Shown here: in pieces, positions 38,401-50,700 of the stretch | Layout: each line of letters starts with the position of its first letter | Numbering within the stretch: position 1 is the first letter of the stretch | Source of the DNA: Tubiluchus corallicola | Lineage: Eukaryota > Animalia > Priapulida | Reading direction: 5' to 3' | Assembly (NCBI GenBank): GCA_030141605.1 | Contig: JAQGDQ010000197.1 | Span: 124,001-188,000 of the forward strand | DNA: 64,000 nucleotides | Program-made: the position numbers and the translations under genes | Notes under the pieces: model-generated | Told to the model about the DNA's origin: nothing | The model's input: only the letters and a program-made list of their open reading frames with translations | Database searches by the model: none

Positions 38401-40340
38401 GGCCAGGAAAAATTTCGTTGACATTACACCATTGCCTTGGATACCTAATGCCAGGATTGAGCAGTACCTTGGCAATTTGAACTTTTTCTTTATACGTGAA
38501 AGTACATCTATTCGAGAGGTGCTACTGTTAAAACTTAGCTAAATTTTTTTCTGCTTTGATTTTGAACTAAAAACAGATCATTGTTTACTTGTTGTCTGAA
38601 GTCAGTAATTTTTTAAATTTGTTTTAGTGTTTGTTGCCATTGAAACTATGAACAAAATATACATATTGTTCAAATTATATTACTACTTTATTATTGTTCT
38701 ACATGTTTTAGGACGGTGGTTTATGTGGATTTATACAAAGTTTTATATCTGAAGTTATGGCCATAGCTCGTGCTCATGTGGTAGCTTTAGGAGGCAATGC
38801 CATGGTGTCCTACAGGTTTAGCAAATGTACTCTTCTTGATAATCCACATAAGAACCAGGTATTCTCACTTTATGTGACATATTTCTGCATAAAACAAGAA
38901 ATCAAAATGACCCTAGTTTTAGTTATACAGTAGGCACCACATAATAGACTCTCTTTGGGACGGAAGAGTTTTGGCCCTACTGAATCTATTAGCTGACAGA
39001 TATAGTATTGCCAGTATAGAAGTATGAGCCATCACTCTTCAGCTTGGTATGCATTGCAAAGGCTGGGAGAGCTTTAAATGTTAGGTTTTTTGATTATGAT
39101 GTATTTCTCAAAATTAATTCTAGGCTCTTTGTTGCTTTGTCATATTTACGTTTGAAAGTAGCAGAGGATACTAGCAGATTACTGCCGCTGTATCAGAAGC
39201 ACAACAGCAACAATTGAACTGATCAAATGGTCTATGAAGAACAGCAAGGGTTTTAAAAGGAAATCACTAGGCATGTGATTAAAAGTCTATCTTCCATAAA
39301 TTCTTTGTGAATGAGGTTAAGTGCAGCGCATGTGACAGATTCAAAGCAAAACTATAATAAACCCACCTGATATCAAACAAAACAGTACTTAATATGATTG
39401 TTTCTGTGTATATCATAGTGCACAAAAGTGAAGTGAAGATGACAACAGCCATAAAGGCTCTTTAATCACACGCAAATGTTTTGTTTTAAGTACATGAAGC
39501 AAAAAGTTTGAGTCAATTATGCGGAGTTATATGAGTCACATGCCGACAGTTTTTGCATACGTATGAATAGGAATAGCTCATACCAGGCATTTTTGAGTCC
39601 ATAAACGTTTGATTCTATGAACCATGAGTCTGATAAACTGCGCACACTATATATTTATTTTTATGACTCTGAGACTCGCCACTCAAGCGAATTAGGCAGG
39701 TGAGAATTGTGCATCGATTTCTTATAAAGTATTGGATTACTAGCTTAGCAGCCAAATTATGTAACTGTAAACAAAACTAACAGTGTGGATTAAAAACAAC
39801 AGGTGTCTCCCAGCACAATGATGACAATTTCCTTATAGCGCTTTTATTTATAAGTATAAATGTCAATGTTTAATCAGCAAGCTAGTGCTCAATAACAATT
39901 CTTGAGTTAAAGTGATAAAAAACAAGTGGAGCCTTTCATTTCCTGATTTTTAATGTGCTAGCACAGCTAAATTGAATATCTAGTACCTTGTATCAAATGC
40001 AAATGTATCCATGCTCTGCAAAGAGCCAGTAAACTACTTTATTACATGTCTAATTAACGTACCTGGAAATTATTTCACAGTCCTTCCTAGCAGTATATGC
40101 ATTAATTTTAGGATTTACAGTTCAGTTAGTGTTGGTACATGACAGTGTTTTGAACACGTGTGTGGTATGTTAACACGTTAATTTCCTAGTATCATAAACC
40201 ATTTGGTTTATGTTACTGTTACATTGCAGGGTCAATGTCTAGTCAATGTGAGTGGTGACGTTGTGAATGCAACTTACCTAAGCGAAACACGGCGAGACTC
40301 ATCAACGACAAATAAAAATGTTGGAACAGGCAAAACGTGA
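8461..40340 (+). CDS. C2CD5: C2 domain-containing protein 5 (KIAA0528/CDP138 homolog), 25 coding exons, about 1016 aa
   Basis: N-terminus MPGKLKVKIIAGRNLPVMDRASDLTDAFVEVKFG; later motifs VVNDDPEYQWIDKIRTPRASNEARQ, RDAWWTELRMEIRSH, FFIRESTSIRE, NPHKNQGQCLVNVSGD. GT-AG exons with consistent phase: 8461-8550, 10284-10411, 10939-11069, 11252-11347, 11877-12032, 12774-12975, 14160-14287, 15057-15160, 16645-16753, 18157-18271, 20223-20432, 22035-22142, 22702-22791, 30878-30935, 31351-31479, 32310-32378, 32560-32643, 32891-32992, 33928-34056, 34522-34602, 35527-35743, 36714-36841, 38390-38518, 38712-38858, 40230-40340 (3051 nt). Confidence 0.93.
9446..9900 (-). mobile_element. Degenerate LINE ORF2 C-terminal fragment with Cys/His motif
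   Basis: LNYYLHRIESVNSPLCECGSVEPIEHF resembles the SPxCxCG...ExxxHF tail of non-LTR retrotransposon ORF2. Confidence 0.65.
13721..13979. mobile_element. Probable degenerate hAT-type MITE
   Basis: Ends aggctgc.../...gcagcct with gggccc subterminal motifs; no clear TSD. Confidence 0.4.
15489..16483. mobile_element. Probable non-autonomous DNA transposon
   Basis: Imperfect inverted ends ttataagttcatggcag / ctgccatgactcataa around a GC-richer, non-coding interior. Confidence 0.4.
17069..17200. repeat. Tandem ~32-bp repeats (atagtgatcccgacaccgaacctcaatcccga) with degenerate continuations, likely a transposon subterminus
   Basis: Two near-identical adjacent copies read directly. Confidence 0.6.
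18890..19870. mobile_element. Tc1/mariner (pogo/Tigger-like) non-autonomous element, copy A
   Basis: TIRs cagtaggtgccgcttaatagactcac / gtgagtctattaagcagtgcctactg flanked by TA on both sides. Confidence 0.85.
24030..24141. repeat. Perfect 55-bp tandem duplication
   Basis: tgttgtgataactatttttaatacttgtttgaattagttgatatttgttgtatac occurs twice in tandem. Confidence 0.9.
25040..25100. repeat. Degenerate (CTG/TTG)n trinucleotide repeat
   Basis: ctgctgctgatgctattgttattgttgttgctgctgttgtt; accounts for the poly-Leu ORF at 24995-25219. Confidence 0.7.
25900..25972 (-). tRNA. Elongator tRNA-Met (CAT)
   Basis: GCCTCGGTAGCGCAGTAGGCAGCGCGTCAGTCTCATAATCTGAAGGTCGTGAGTTCGATCCTCACCCGGGGCA: 73-nt cloverleaf, anticodon loop CTCATAA, GTTCGA T-loop, G1-C72; T5 Pol III terminator at 25896-25892. 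Confidence 0.96.
27990..28105 (-). repeat. Interspersed repeat terminus with (TTTG)n tract; related copy at about 57178-57350 (+)
   Basis: ttacttctgccatggaggttatattttc followed by tttg repeats; similar ttactttctctgtggaggttgtgttttt near 57180. Confidence 0.5.
30107..30640. repeat. Degenerate tandem array of four ~110-150 bp units
   Basis: Recurrent blocks catcttgaattca...gatgcagaa...tctagta...tttcat...catggagcc near 30107, 30256, 30378 and 30528. Confidence 0.7.
34641..35150. repeat. Long foldback (inverted arms of about 230 bp) ending in Penelope-type hammerhead ribozyme-like motifs
   Basis: Arms are complementary around a short spacer near 34895-34920; hammerhead-like cores at 34682-34722 (-) and 35092-35132 (+). 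Confidence 0.8.
38928..39649. mobile_element. pogo/Tigger-like element, copy B (same family as 18890-19870)
   Basis: TA-cagtaggcaccacataatagactc start; shares blocks such as tatagaagtatgag, aaaaggaaa..ctaggca.gtgattaaa and ttgagtcaatta with copy A. Confidence 0.75.
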
Positions 40341-41383
40341 CACAGAATTCTATTTTCCTCCTCTGGCAGAGTCATTGGCTTTATCAGAGTTCATTATAAA
40401 AATGGTTGCTTTGCATGGGTGCCAAGTCACGCGAATTGTTTTTATTAACTTATAACATTCTATATTACAAAACTATCAGCAACTATCCTCTTCAGTGTTC
40501 AAATGTTTACATGTTTTCTATAGGCACGTTAGTTATTCATTGATCTCTATTTTATTGACCAAAACATGGTAGCACCACTGTTGCAATGTATGTGGAGAGG
40601 TGTTGATAGGTGTGGACTAAATATTTAAAGCGAAGTATTTGAAATATCTTTATGCTTCAGTTGTGATCTTAATTGCATTAATAAGCTTGCAATGTTTATC
40701 ATGTTATATATGTATTTTATGAAATTAGTGAGAAGCTATTGTTGTGCATTCATAGCAAATTGGTACAGCTAAAACACGTTTAAATTTTGCAAAATAGTCT
40801 GGGCAAAATAGTGTTTTTAATTTAGGCCCTTGATTTTAAAGCCCTGAATTTAGGCCCTCTTCTGTGTCTTCCTGTGCATTTTGTTTGTTTTGCTTTATAT
40901 GACTCGTGTTTTATTATTTAAATCCCATCTTAAAATAAACTAATACTTACTTACTTGCCAAAATCCTTGAGTTAGTCTTACTGTAGGCTAAGTCAGACAA
41001 TACATTGTAAAAATATGCATGTAAATAGTACTGTTACCTTCTAATTAAATTTTTTGACAGCCAATATTTTCAGAAAGATAAACAGTTTTCTGTGATCAGT
41101 TAAACACTGTGATTATGTAGAGTTAGTTAAGTATTTAAAAATGTTTCTTGTACTGTACAAAATTATGTAATAATTATGTTAACATGTAAATATCACCATT
41201 CTTTGGCATTGCATGCATTTCTGGTTTATTGTGATTTTCGTATTTTTATTAATCTTTTTTGCAGCCTCTCCTGGAGTGTGTATAGAACTCAAAGTTGTTT
41301 TGGTCTATTGTATGTTATGTGTTAATCTAACAGAACATTAAACATGTAGCACATCTATAATCCATTAAATCTTTATCAACAAG

Positions 41384-41878
41384 AATAAGCCTTTCACAGT
41401 TCCAGCGATTGATGATGATTGTAAAAAGGTCAAGGGTTAAGTGTACCAGACAATGCTGTTGCTGTAATAGTAGCAGTTTTAACATGTTTTAAGAGCTAAC
41501 TAGAACCTTACGTTGTTAATTTTTTTCTTGTACTCAAGCAAGATCCTGCTTGTAAATCACACTACATCGCACAGACTAATGCATAATTAAGTAAAGTCCA
41601 CGTAAAACAACTGAAGTAACTGAACTGATGCAGTAGATGGCTTTGCTTTACACACGTCACGTGACAAAGCAACATTCTGAGTAAATCACTCTACATCACA
41701 CAGACTAATGCATAATTAAGTAAAGTGCACATAAAACAACTGAACTTACTGAACTGATGTGGCAGACAGCTTTTACACAACTTTACACGTAATGTTTGTA
41801 GTTGAGACATGTTGCTCTGGTACACTTAACCTTTGATCTACAGCAAATGCACATAACGAAACTGTGAAAAGGCTTATT
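41384..41878. mobile_element. Non-autonomous TIR element with an internal ~128-bp-period duplication
   Basis: Ends aataagcctttcacagtt...ggttaagtgtaccaga / tctggtacacttaacc...aactgtgaaaaggcttatt; direct repeats start near 41552 and 41680. Confidence 0.75.
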
Positions 41879-43096
41879 ACCCATTTGCAACAGATTTTTT
41901 ATTCCCAGATTTTAATCTACAATTTTTACAATTTATTTGTTTATTTGGAAATGCAAATACAATATATAGATACAATGAGAAAAATATACAGTTAATAATT
42001 AACAAAGATTTAATTTGAGATGACATTATGCGTATAATAAATGCAAGAAAATGGATTGAAATCTAGTACTCGTAGTAGTACATGTCGAATTACTGAACAC
42101 AAAACTGCATTGCACTGTGTGTGCGGCAGGTTCTAGTGTTGAGAAAGAATGTATTTGTTTCCAAAAATAGCTGAAGCGTCACTACCAGTCCAGTATCTCT
42201 TCCTAGAAGCTTATCCTTATTAATTGGTTAGATTTCTGTCCTGCAACGACTACTTTTCATTTGATTGCTGGATACATTTTGCAAATATCTCAGAAAAAAT
42301 ATAGCAGTCTAGAGTCTGTAAATTCTTGATATCAAGAAAAACATACAATGGATACTGTTGTTTACTCTTATTCACCAATAGTATTCACCTCATAAACAAA
42401 AACATTAGGCTAGCCTGTGTGATGACTTCTGTAAAAAGATCGTATATGTGCATGTGTTTTTACAATTATGCATTTCAGTTTCACTGCCTTTGTATTTTCA
42501 GCTGTTTTACAACTTGTGAGATCTTAAAGTGATTATTGGTGAAATCATTACAATAGCTGTGTTTCAACTAATGTATATATTTGAATTACCGCACTGCTTT
42601 TTATTTCTCATCATAGAAATCTTCATTGATTAATTACTGTTTTGCAGTTCATTAGCTCGGCATGCAAAAGTCATTATAGCAAATTGTATATACATTATTT
42701 TGCATAATGTAAAATAAGTAGTATTCAAAAATCTCAAGTTGAGGAAATCGATAAAATTGTTGAAACACAAAGTCTCTGTTTCTGTAGCACATCTATATTT
42801 TCTTCAGAAATTACAACACTTCCTGTATTTATATATAGTTATTATGCAGCCCAAACTGGTTGTTATTAAATGCATTAAATAAACATGAACTCTTTTAGAA
42901 GTGTAACAAAAAAACATTAGGATAACGAAGAACCTAAACCTGTTAGTGTTTTGCCATTAAAAAACTTTAAATGAGATTTTTTGTTTTGGGCATCTTAGGT
43001 TTATATTATATATCACACGAGTCTTGTATTATACCACACAGCTGCAAAATACCAGTACTGCTTTCTACATGCATGTTAAGTACATGAAAACACGCA

Positions 43097-43607
43097 CAGT
43101 GTTCCCTCGCTACTTTGCGGTTTGTTTATCGCGGACTCGGTTTCATGGGTTTTCAAAAATATTAATGTGAAATATTTATCGCTGTATTTTCGCTGCTTTG
43201 CGGGTTTTTGCGGTACTCCGTCTAAAGTATTTTTGCACGTGCGTGGTACGTATTGTACACTGATGTGTAAATTTGATGAATTTTGCATAAAAAATCACAA
43301 AATCTATAAAAATATATTAAAAATATTAATTCTAACATTAAAAGAATATTATAAATCATAAAAAATTACCATTTACAGTAAATAGTGTATTCATTCGGCG
43401 GATGAATACACACCAAAAACGAAATGTAGTACTTGTGCCCGCTTGAGATGCTACTTGCCGACTTGAGATTGTACACAACACACGATTGGTACCGTGCAAT
43501 TTGTTATAAGTGTTATACCATGCAAGATAAGTATAGCGTCCCTACTTCGCGGAAATTCACTTATCGTGGGTGGGCCTGGAACAGAACGGATAAGTGAGGG
43601 AACACTG
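43097..43607. mobile_element. Tigger-like MITE
   Basis: TIRs cagtgttccctcgcta / taagtgagggaacactg, TA on the right (CA on the left), repeated tcgcgg subterminal motifs. Confidence 0.8.
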
Positions 43608-44787
43608 TAAAGGCACATATACTTACATAGCTATTTTGCTTACATTAGAGTTAACATTTTCGTTATTCACCAAAGCTCTTTAAAATGTTCATACTAGCAC
43701 TGAACAGCACCTTTGTCAAAAACTGAGTTACACAGGATAATATAAATAAAACCGGGTCCAAACCGTTTAATCTCAAAATGCTAATGATGCAACAGCAGTA
43801 CTGTTATTTTGCTGCTGTGTGGAAATAATACAGTGTATCTGTTACGTGAACAGATGCAAAGCGTAACCTTATACAGAAATGTCTCTCAAGCACAGTATAG
43901 GTCTGAAGTATCAATAGCAACAAGTAGCAGAACCTTAACTACCAAGTCTCATGTGTTACTCACGAGACATTAATTTTAATCAGTGCCAAGCTCACAAATC
44001 AGTGAAAAGCATCCTAATTTTCTGGACCATTGTAACTGTAGCCTCTGAATAGCCACCAGCCTCGTTTAGGACTATAAAACAGAAGACAGTCTAATAATCT
44101 AAAGAGCCTAGTTCTAATCACAGCTGGGTAAAATGTTATAACAATTCATCACAGATACTTATTCAAAACATGATATAGACTACGTGCAGGTCAAAAAATA
44201 AGATCAAATAGCAAGACATTATAATGAAAAACAACTACAATCATCAGCAACTGAGTTACGAGCATTAGAAAAACTGATTAGAGACAAATCAAGTTGCAAT
44301 CAATATAAAATTTAGGCACAAAACTTCTTAGCAAGATTGTATAAAAAGAACTATGTAACTTAGCATCAAGCGAGCTTTACCCTAGAAAAGAAAATTACCA
44401 AATCAGCAGGGAGAATTATTGAGTAAGCCGACCCTGATGGTATCAAATATTTTGCACCAATTACTCACTATACAAGATTTGTAAGTAACGCCTGCAAATT
44501 ACAAAATTGTGACAAGTGGCATGCAGTAGCGACATATGCAACTCACTTTACCAGTATGATAAATCACCATCAACAAATTTTCTTCCACTTAATAAGCAAT
44601 TTATTATCTTTCATGAGGTACTTATATTAAGAACTTAACATAATCCTATGTTGATGAATTTTCCTTAAATACATTCTTGGAAGTCTAAAAAATTTCACTA
44701 CGCCACATGATGCAAGACATATCACTAGTAATGGAATCTCACTTTATCATCAACTTCCAAGAGAGTACCAAAATTTGTTATATAGTC

Positions 44788-47700
44788 TCAGTAAGCAAAT
44801 CTGTTTTTTGGTGGATAGCCTAACTTATCTAGATTTGGCTTACATGCAAAATTAATCATTGGTGGTGGTCCGCACATCAGTATCATAGTGTCATCGCCTG
44901 GTGGAGGAAGGTGATTTTCAATCATATTTGCACTTACAAAACCTGAACTGTACTTCCATCCTGTAAAAAGTAGAAACATAAAATGAAAGTAGTGTTTGTC
45001 TGGCGACTGTGACTAGTGCAAAACAAAGCGATCATTTTTGTGCTCCTGATAGAGAATACCTCTTTTTGAGCTTTATCAGCTATCTTAGAGATTTCCTGGA
45101 ATTCCAGGACTCACAACAAAACAGGGATATGCAACGTTAACTGGTTTCCTAAAAACAGAAATAAGAAAACAGCAAAAATGGCACTTATAAGATAAATCTT
45201 ACCTGGGTTTCTGACGAAAACACTTTTGTGCTGGGTAATAAAAAATAGTTACTTTAATTAGTCAGGTACAGATATGCATTGCCCATCCCTCCTAGAGACT
45301 TGACTAACCAACCAGAGACGAATAAAGCATCTGATTCGCTAGCATACTTTAAATTTACTAATTTTATCCAGTTGTCTTGTCAAAAAGCACACACACACAC
45401 ACAAGCACGTGCACAATTGATACAAAATCAGGTTTTTGGTTTATTTCTCAGAATTTCCTATCAGACGAGCATTAGCAATAAAGACAAAAGATATTTTAAT
45501 AGCCAACTGAGCGAGCATAATACTGCATGCACGACATCGCAAATCAATAAACTACAAGCCATATATAATTAATAACGGTCATTCTCTGAATGTATATACA
45601 TCTGAGAAAGACAAAACCATTACGGACTACAAAAATAACAGAAGTAAACCTGTTTTAATCTCGAAAAGGATAATAGAAAATTCTTGATCTAGCAAGTGAA
45701 AGTTTTACTGAACAAATAAAAAATTTATCCTGTTACCAAAATTTTCTGAGTTATATTTTTCTAATCATTAATTTTATAGTTAAGGAAAACTTGCAAAACT
45801 TAAATTTGTAATCAGACACATAAAATATGATACAGTAGGCGCTGTGTATAAGACTCACTGTTAATAAAATCAGTCGCTTAATTGACTCAAAAATACCCGG
45901 TACAGACCACTCCTATTCAAATATACTTCAATAGTAGTAATAGGCTGCACCCGTCAGCTAATTGATTTACTCGGTTAATTGGATCAAAATACTTAAATCC
46001 CAAAGTGAGTCCATTAAGCGGCACCACTGTATTTGAAATATTTTAAGAATCAAGAAATTTTACCATCTGTTGGTCGATCTAGCGTGTACCATAAATGAAA
46101 TCGTTCTGGTTGTTGGGATGCAACTTCTTCTAGTTCATTTCTCAATAAAATATCATCTTCAGTTTGATTAGCAAATAGCAGCCAACATTTTGTGTGATCA
46201 TTTGAATCTTTGAAAATATGCCGAACTAGCTGTAGCATTGGAGTGATACCTATAAATAAGAAATTTTATCTTCCAAGTCCACTTTTACAACTAAATTCAC
46301 TTCAATCACTTTTTCTAACTTGCGGTACCAATTTAAAACAAGTTACCTTGTATTATCAAGCACAAAAAATTCTTATCTAGTGATTCTATGATAATGTCTG
46401 CATTGGTGTTATCTCACTTTGATTATGCTAATTCATTTTTCACTGGGCTACCTGACAGCATCTACGCAGCACCTTCAGAATTTAGCAGTAAAGGTTGTTG
46501 TTGGTGCAGAAAAGTACGATAGTGTTACTGCTTCTACGTTTTACTTGCACAAGTTTCTGATTAGAATTAGGTGTATCTATAAACTGTTAGTTCTCACATA
46601 TAAAGCTTTACACAGACTTTCTCTTGTCTGCTTGTCTAGTAGGTTACATAAACACAATTACTGCAGAGACGCATGGGCAAGTAGATCTTCCCATAATCCT
46701 TTTAAAGAAAAAAGACATTTGACGACTTCGGATTTTCTTTTATTGCACTAAAATATTGGAAATCCTTACTTCAGAACCTCGCAACTGTTTCTAATTGTAA
46801 ACTTCAGTAATGACCTATTATTATCATAGTTTCTGTCATGGAGGCAATTTGCGTGTTTTGTGCAAAATTTTTAATAATTTTATTAGTATTACATTTTCTT
46901 AATTGTGCAATTGTAACCATAATATTTTACTGTACAGCACCTTTGAAAGTGTTTTGCTTGAACGTGCATTTTATAAAATATATTTTATTATTATGATCAT
47001 TATTACTGACCGCAGTTAGAATTCACTAAAACAACTGAATGGTCTGCTGCAAAAGGGACACGTAAATGACATGTTCTTTTTGATTAGGGAAATGAATCTT
47101 ATATCTCATTATATGCCCGTAAATGACAAGTAACAAAATTTTTAATGGTGTGTGTTGTAAATCATAAGCCATGTACAGTGGAGTTGTGGAAATCAATTAT
47201 ATCATTGGTATATAAAATTGATCGTTTTATACAGTCTGAGCAGGTACCAACAGAAATGCGAAAGTAACTTTAATTTATTAATGTATAACATAAATCACAC
47301 CTAACTGATCACATCAATTTCATAAAACAAACTCATACGATAACAACATGTCCGACATCTGATTGCTTTACTTACATATGGGTCAGAATCTGACACTAGC
47401 TTCATTTTGACATTTCCTAATCTTGTGAAAATTTATGATATGTGATTTTGTGAAAAAATATTTAAAGGTATCTTTAAAGATAGTTTTACCTGTTCCGCCA
47501 GCAATCAGGCCTACTTTCTTCACTTTATGCTTCACAGGTTCGCCCTTCTTATCTGGACGAATATGGAATTCGCCTTAAAAAATTAACAACTGTTAAATTA
47601 AAACTGTGTGAAAGACGAGCAATTTCAGCCCACTTAACGTAACAGACAACGTAAAAAAACAGTTAAATGATTAAAGAAAGATAATTTGTTCTACCTAAAA

Positions 47701-50700
47701 GTTGTAAAAGTATGAGCAAGGGACATAAATATAGTAAAAATCACTGAACAAAGCAGAAACTGAAATCTGCATTAGTTATCATTCCTCAAATCTGCAATAT
47801 CAGTGAATGAACATCCATTACCTGCACCATGATATGTCAACAAGCCATTTGGTCCCCTTACATCTATGCACTCGCCAATCTCCAAATCGTTAAGGTACTG
47901 AGACATCTTTCCTCCTTCCGGAAATTTGGGATGGACATCTTTAAAATATACCTATAAATTTTACATTCTTTGTAATACAACATATGCATACACTTGTCTT
48001 TTTCAGAGCATCACGTGCGAACAGTTGCAAGCAAGAAAACTATAATTTACCTTGATGACTAGGTCCATGTAACCATGATCATCGTCTGACGTTACTGGCG
48101 TATACGGCCGAATAACAAGTTCACCATTTATCCTAGCAGTCAGGTAGATATGCTGTCCTGAAACAAATATGTCAGAACTGCCAAGTTTTAGCACATATAG
48201 GTATATAATGTTCTGGGTTTGGTAGCCGTGTGGTCTAGACAGACTGCAACACATAGTCTTAGGTTTGAGATAAGCAGCTGCCAAGTTGCCAACAACAGGG
48301 CATATACTCTACATGTTATTTGTTACTTGTATGTAACGACTTTACTTGTATTGTTATAAGTGTAAGTCGCTAAATAGCTATAAGTATTAATCTTGTCTAT
48401 TAAGTGAGTGACAATAAATAAATATTGTTCTTTGTTAGACTTGCTTTCATTGTCAACATTAAGATTACCACAACAAATTGAAGGAGAGAAGAAAAGAAGA
48501 AAAGAAGAAGAGAAGAAAGAATGATCAAACAAAAAATGGTCGCTCAGTAATTTAAATGATTATAATCGATATTAAGAGAAAGGGTAAGCAATTAATTGTC
48601 ATTATGGCATAATACACACAATGAAATTTATGTGGTTTTACGTACTGCAATAATTTATAAAAATAACAAGGCAATTAACACAAATAATTCAAACAGTTGT
48701 ACAGTGACACAGACAATTAATATTGAAGATTTATTGAAATTTATTGTTGATGGTGCAGAATGTAATGAGATAGAAAGAAAATAAAGTTCTTGGGGTTTTA
48801 GCGTTAAGTAAGCGGTATCTACGGATTACCTGGATGAACTTCATCTTTCATACAAATGTTTCATACAAATGTGCCATAGATTGGCTTTTATTTCCAATTG
48901 CCGATTATTTTTTCAGCTGCCAGTACAAATCAGTTGTATTAGCAACATCGTTTCTAACTTATTTTTCAGAAAATCACAGAAATCAACATATATCCATCAT
49001 GATGCCCATTACGTTTATTGTACACATTTGGCAGGCAGAATTCTAAAATAATAGAAGTTTGCTCTGAAAACAGGTAAACATAGCAGTAATCCAGCAAAAA
49101 GTTAGACATTTCTATGCCAATTGCTTGTCAGCACCACTTCTGAGATTACAAATATAGCTGTCATTGTTGTAAATCAAATAATATGGTATTATCTTGCAAG
49201 TTGCCATCACCAGTTAGATGCAAAGGTTGCTCATAAACATGAATGCATAGTCATCTTGTGGTTTCCCTAAAACCCACCATGAGAGATCCAATAGACCCAT
49301 GAAAACTCATTAGATCAATTTCATATCCAATTAATTGATTATGAAAATGCAGCTGATAACTGATATTCCACCATTAATGTCATTTAAATATCATTTCAAC
49401 CATATCATTAAAATATTCAGCCTCACCTACAGGTAGTCCCAGGATGTGCTGAGCAGATGGAAGGGCAAAACGAAAGCGACGAGTGTCATGACTAATTATC
49501 TAAATAAAAAAATCAATACAGTACAATGTACTAATTATCTAAGTATAATAACTTCGATACCTATGTACAGTGAAAATTGTCATTCCATCCCCAAAAATAT
49601 ACTTTAATTTAAAAAAATCGCAAAACTCTCGAAAAATAACAAAATCTTAACCAGTAACTAGCAACATTTTATAAAAAAACTGTTTGATTTCTGTAACTAT
49701 AGTTTAGGAACATTAAAAAAATTTGAAAAAGATTGAAGTTTCATTTTATTAAAAAGGGCAATGTAACATCTATTGTACTCTAAAACACTTTAATTAAAAT
49801 ATTAGTGTATTTATACCACAACGATCTAATACATGTACATGTAATAATACACAGTCAATAATTTTAAGCCATTTCTATACTTAATGTAAAAGAGTTGCAA
49901 TTTCATATGTTTAAAAACAAGCGGGTTTCACACAAACTTATACAAACACTAAACTGAAGGTTTGTACAGCACAAAAAAGACAGACCGTTTTTAAAAGCAT
50001 AAATGTAATAATAACATCTTACTTCTTTATCAACCAGCTTCAAGGGATATTTGACTTGGGGGTCCTGAAGAGTGACAGGTGCTGCTTTCTTCTTTGATCC
50101 TGTCATGTATAGAATGACGGCACCAATTCCAATAAAACCCACTCCAAGCAGGATTGGAATAAGCTGTACAAACAATAATAAACTTTTGGACTACACAAAG
50201 ATAAAAACATTTCTGCCTGTCAGTTTGCATTAAAAAGCAAAAGTGAAGGAACTTCAACAGGAAGTATCAGCCTAGAACTTTTCAAAACCTATTTCCTGTA
50301 GTGAATGTGAATTAAAATATTATGCATAGTTTTAAGTCTGATAAAAGTCTTAGCAAAACTGACATTCAAAATAATTTTCCTATCCGAGTTGTTGACATTA
50401 CCTGATATTTACACAGACACTAGAATGCCAGGTGCCAAAAGGAAAAAATCAAGAACAAAGTATCTAGGAGACCAGAAGGAATACTGTTTGCACCTGTAGC
50501 AGAGTTTATGTTCCATAACTTCTCAAAATTTTATAGCGACAACTGCTGTGATATTACTTTAACAGATACCAAATTAAACACCACTGCAGATTTATCTCTT
50601 TCTGCAAAAACGAGGAAGAAAAGTAACTGCTTGACCAACTTTACTAAGTGAATAGGATTATGTTAAATAAAGAATTATAAGCTCATATATAGACTGTAAT

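Noticed and set aside
48214-48300. tRNA/SINE-like heads here and at about 25580-25660 (-) and 33285-33340 (+)
   Set aside because: Only degenerate A/B-box resemblance; no cloverleaf and no second copy to support a call.
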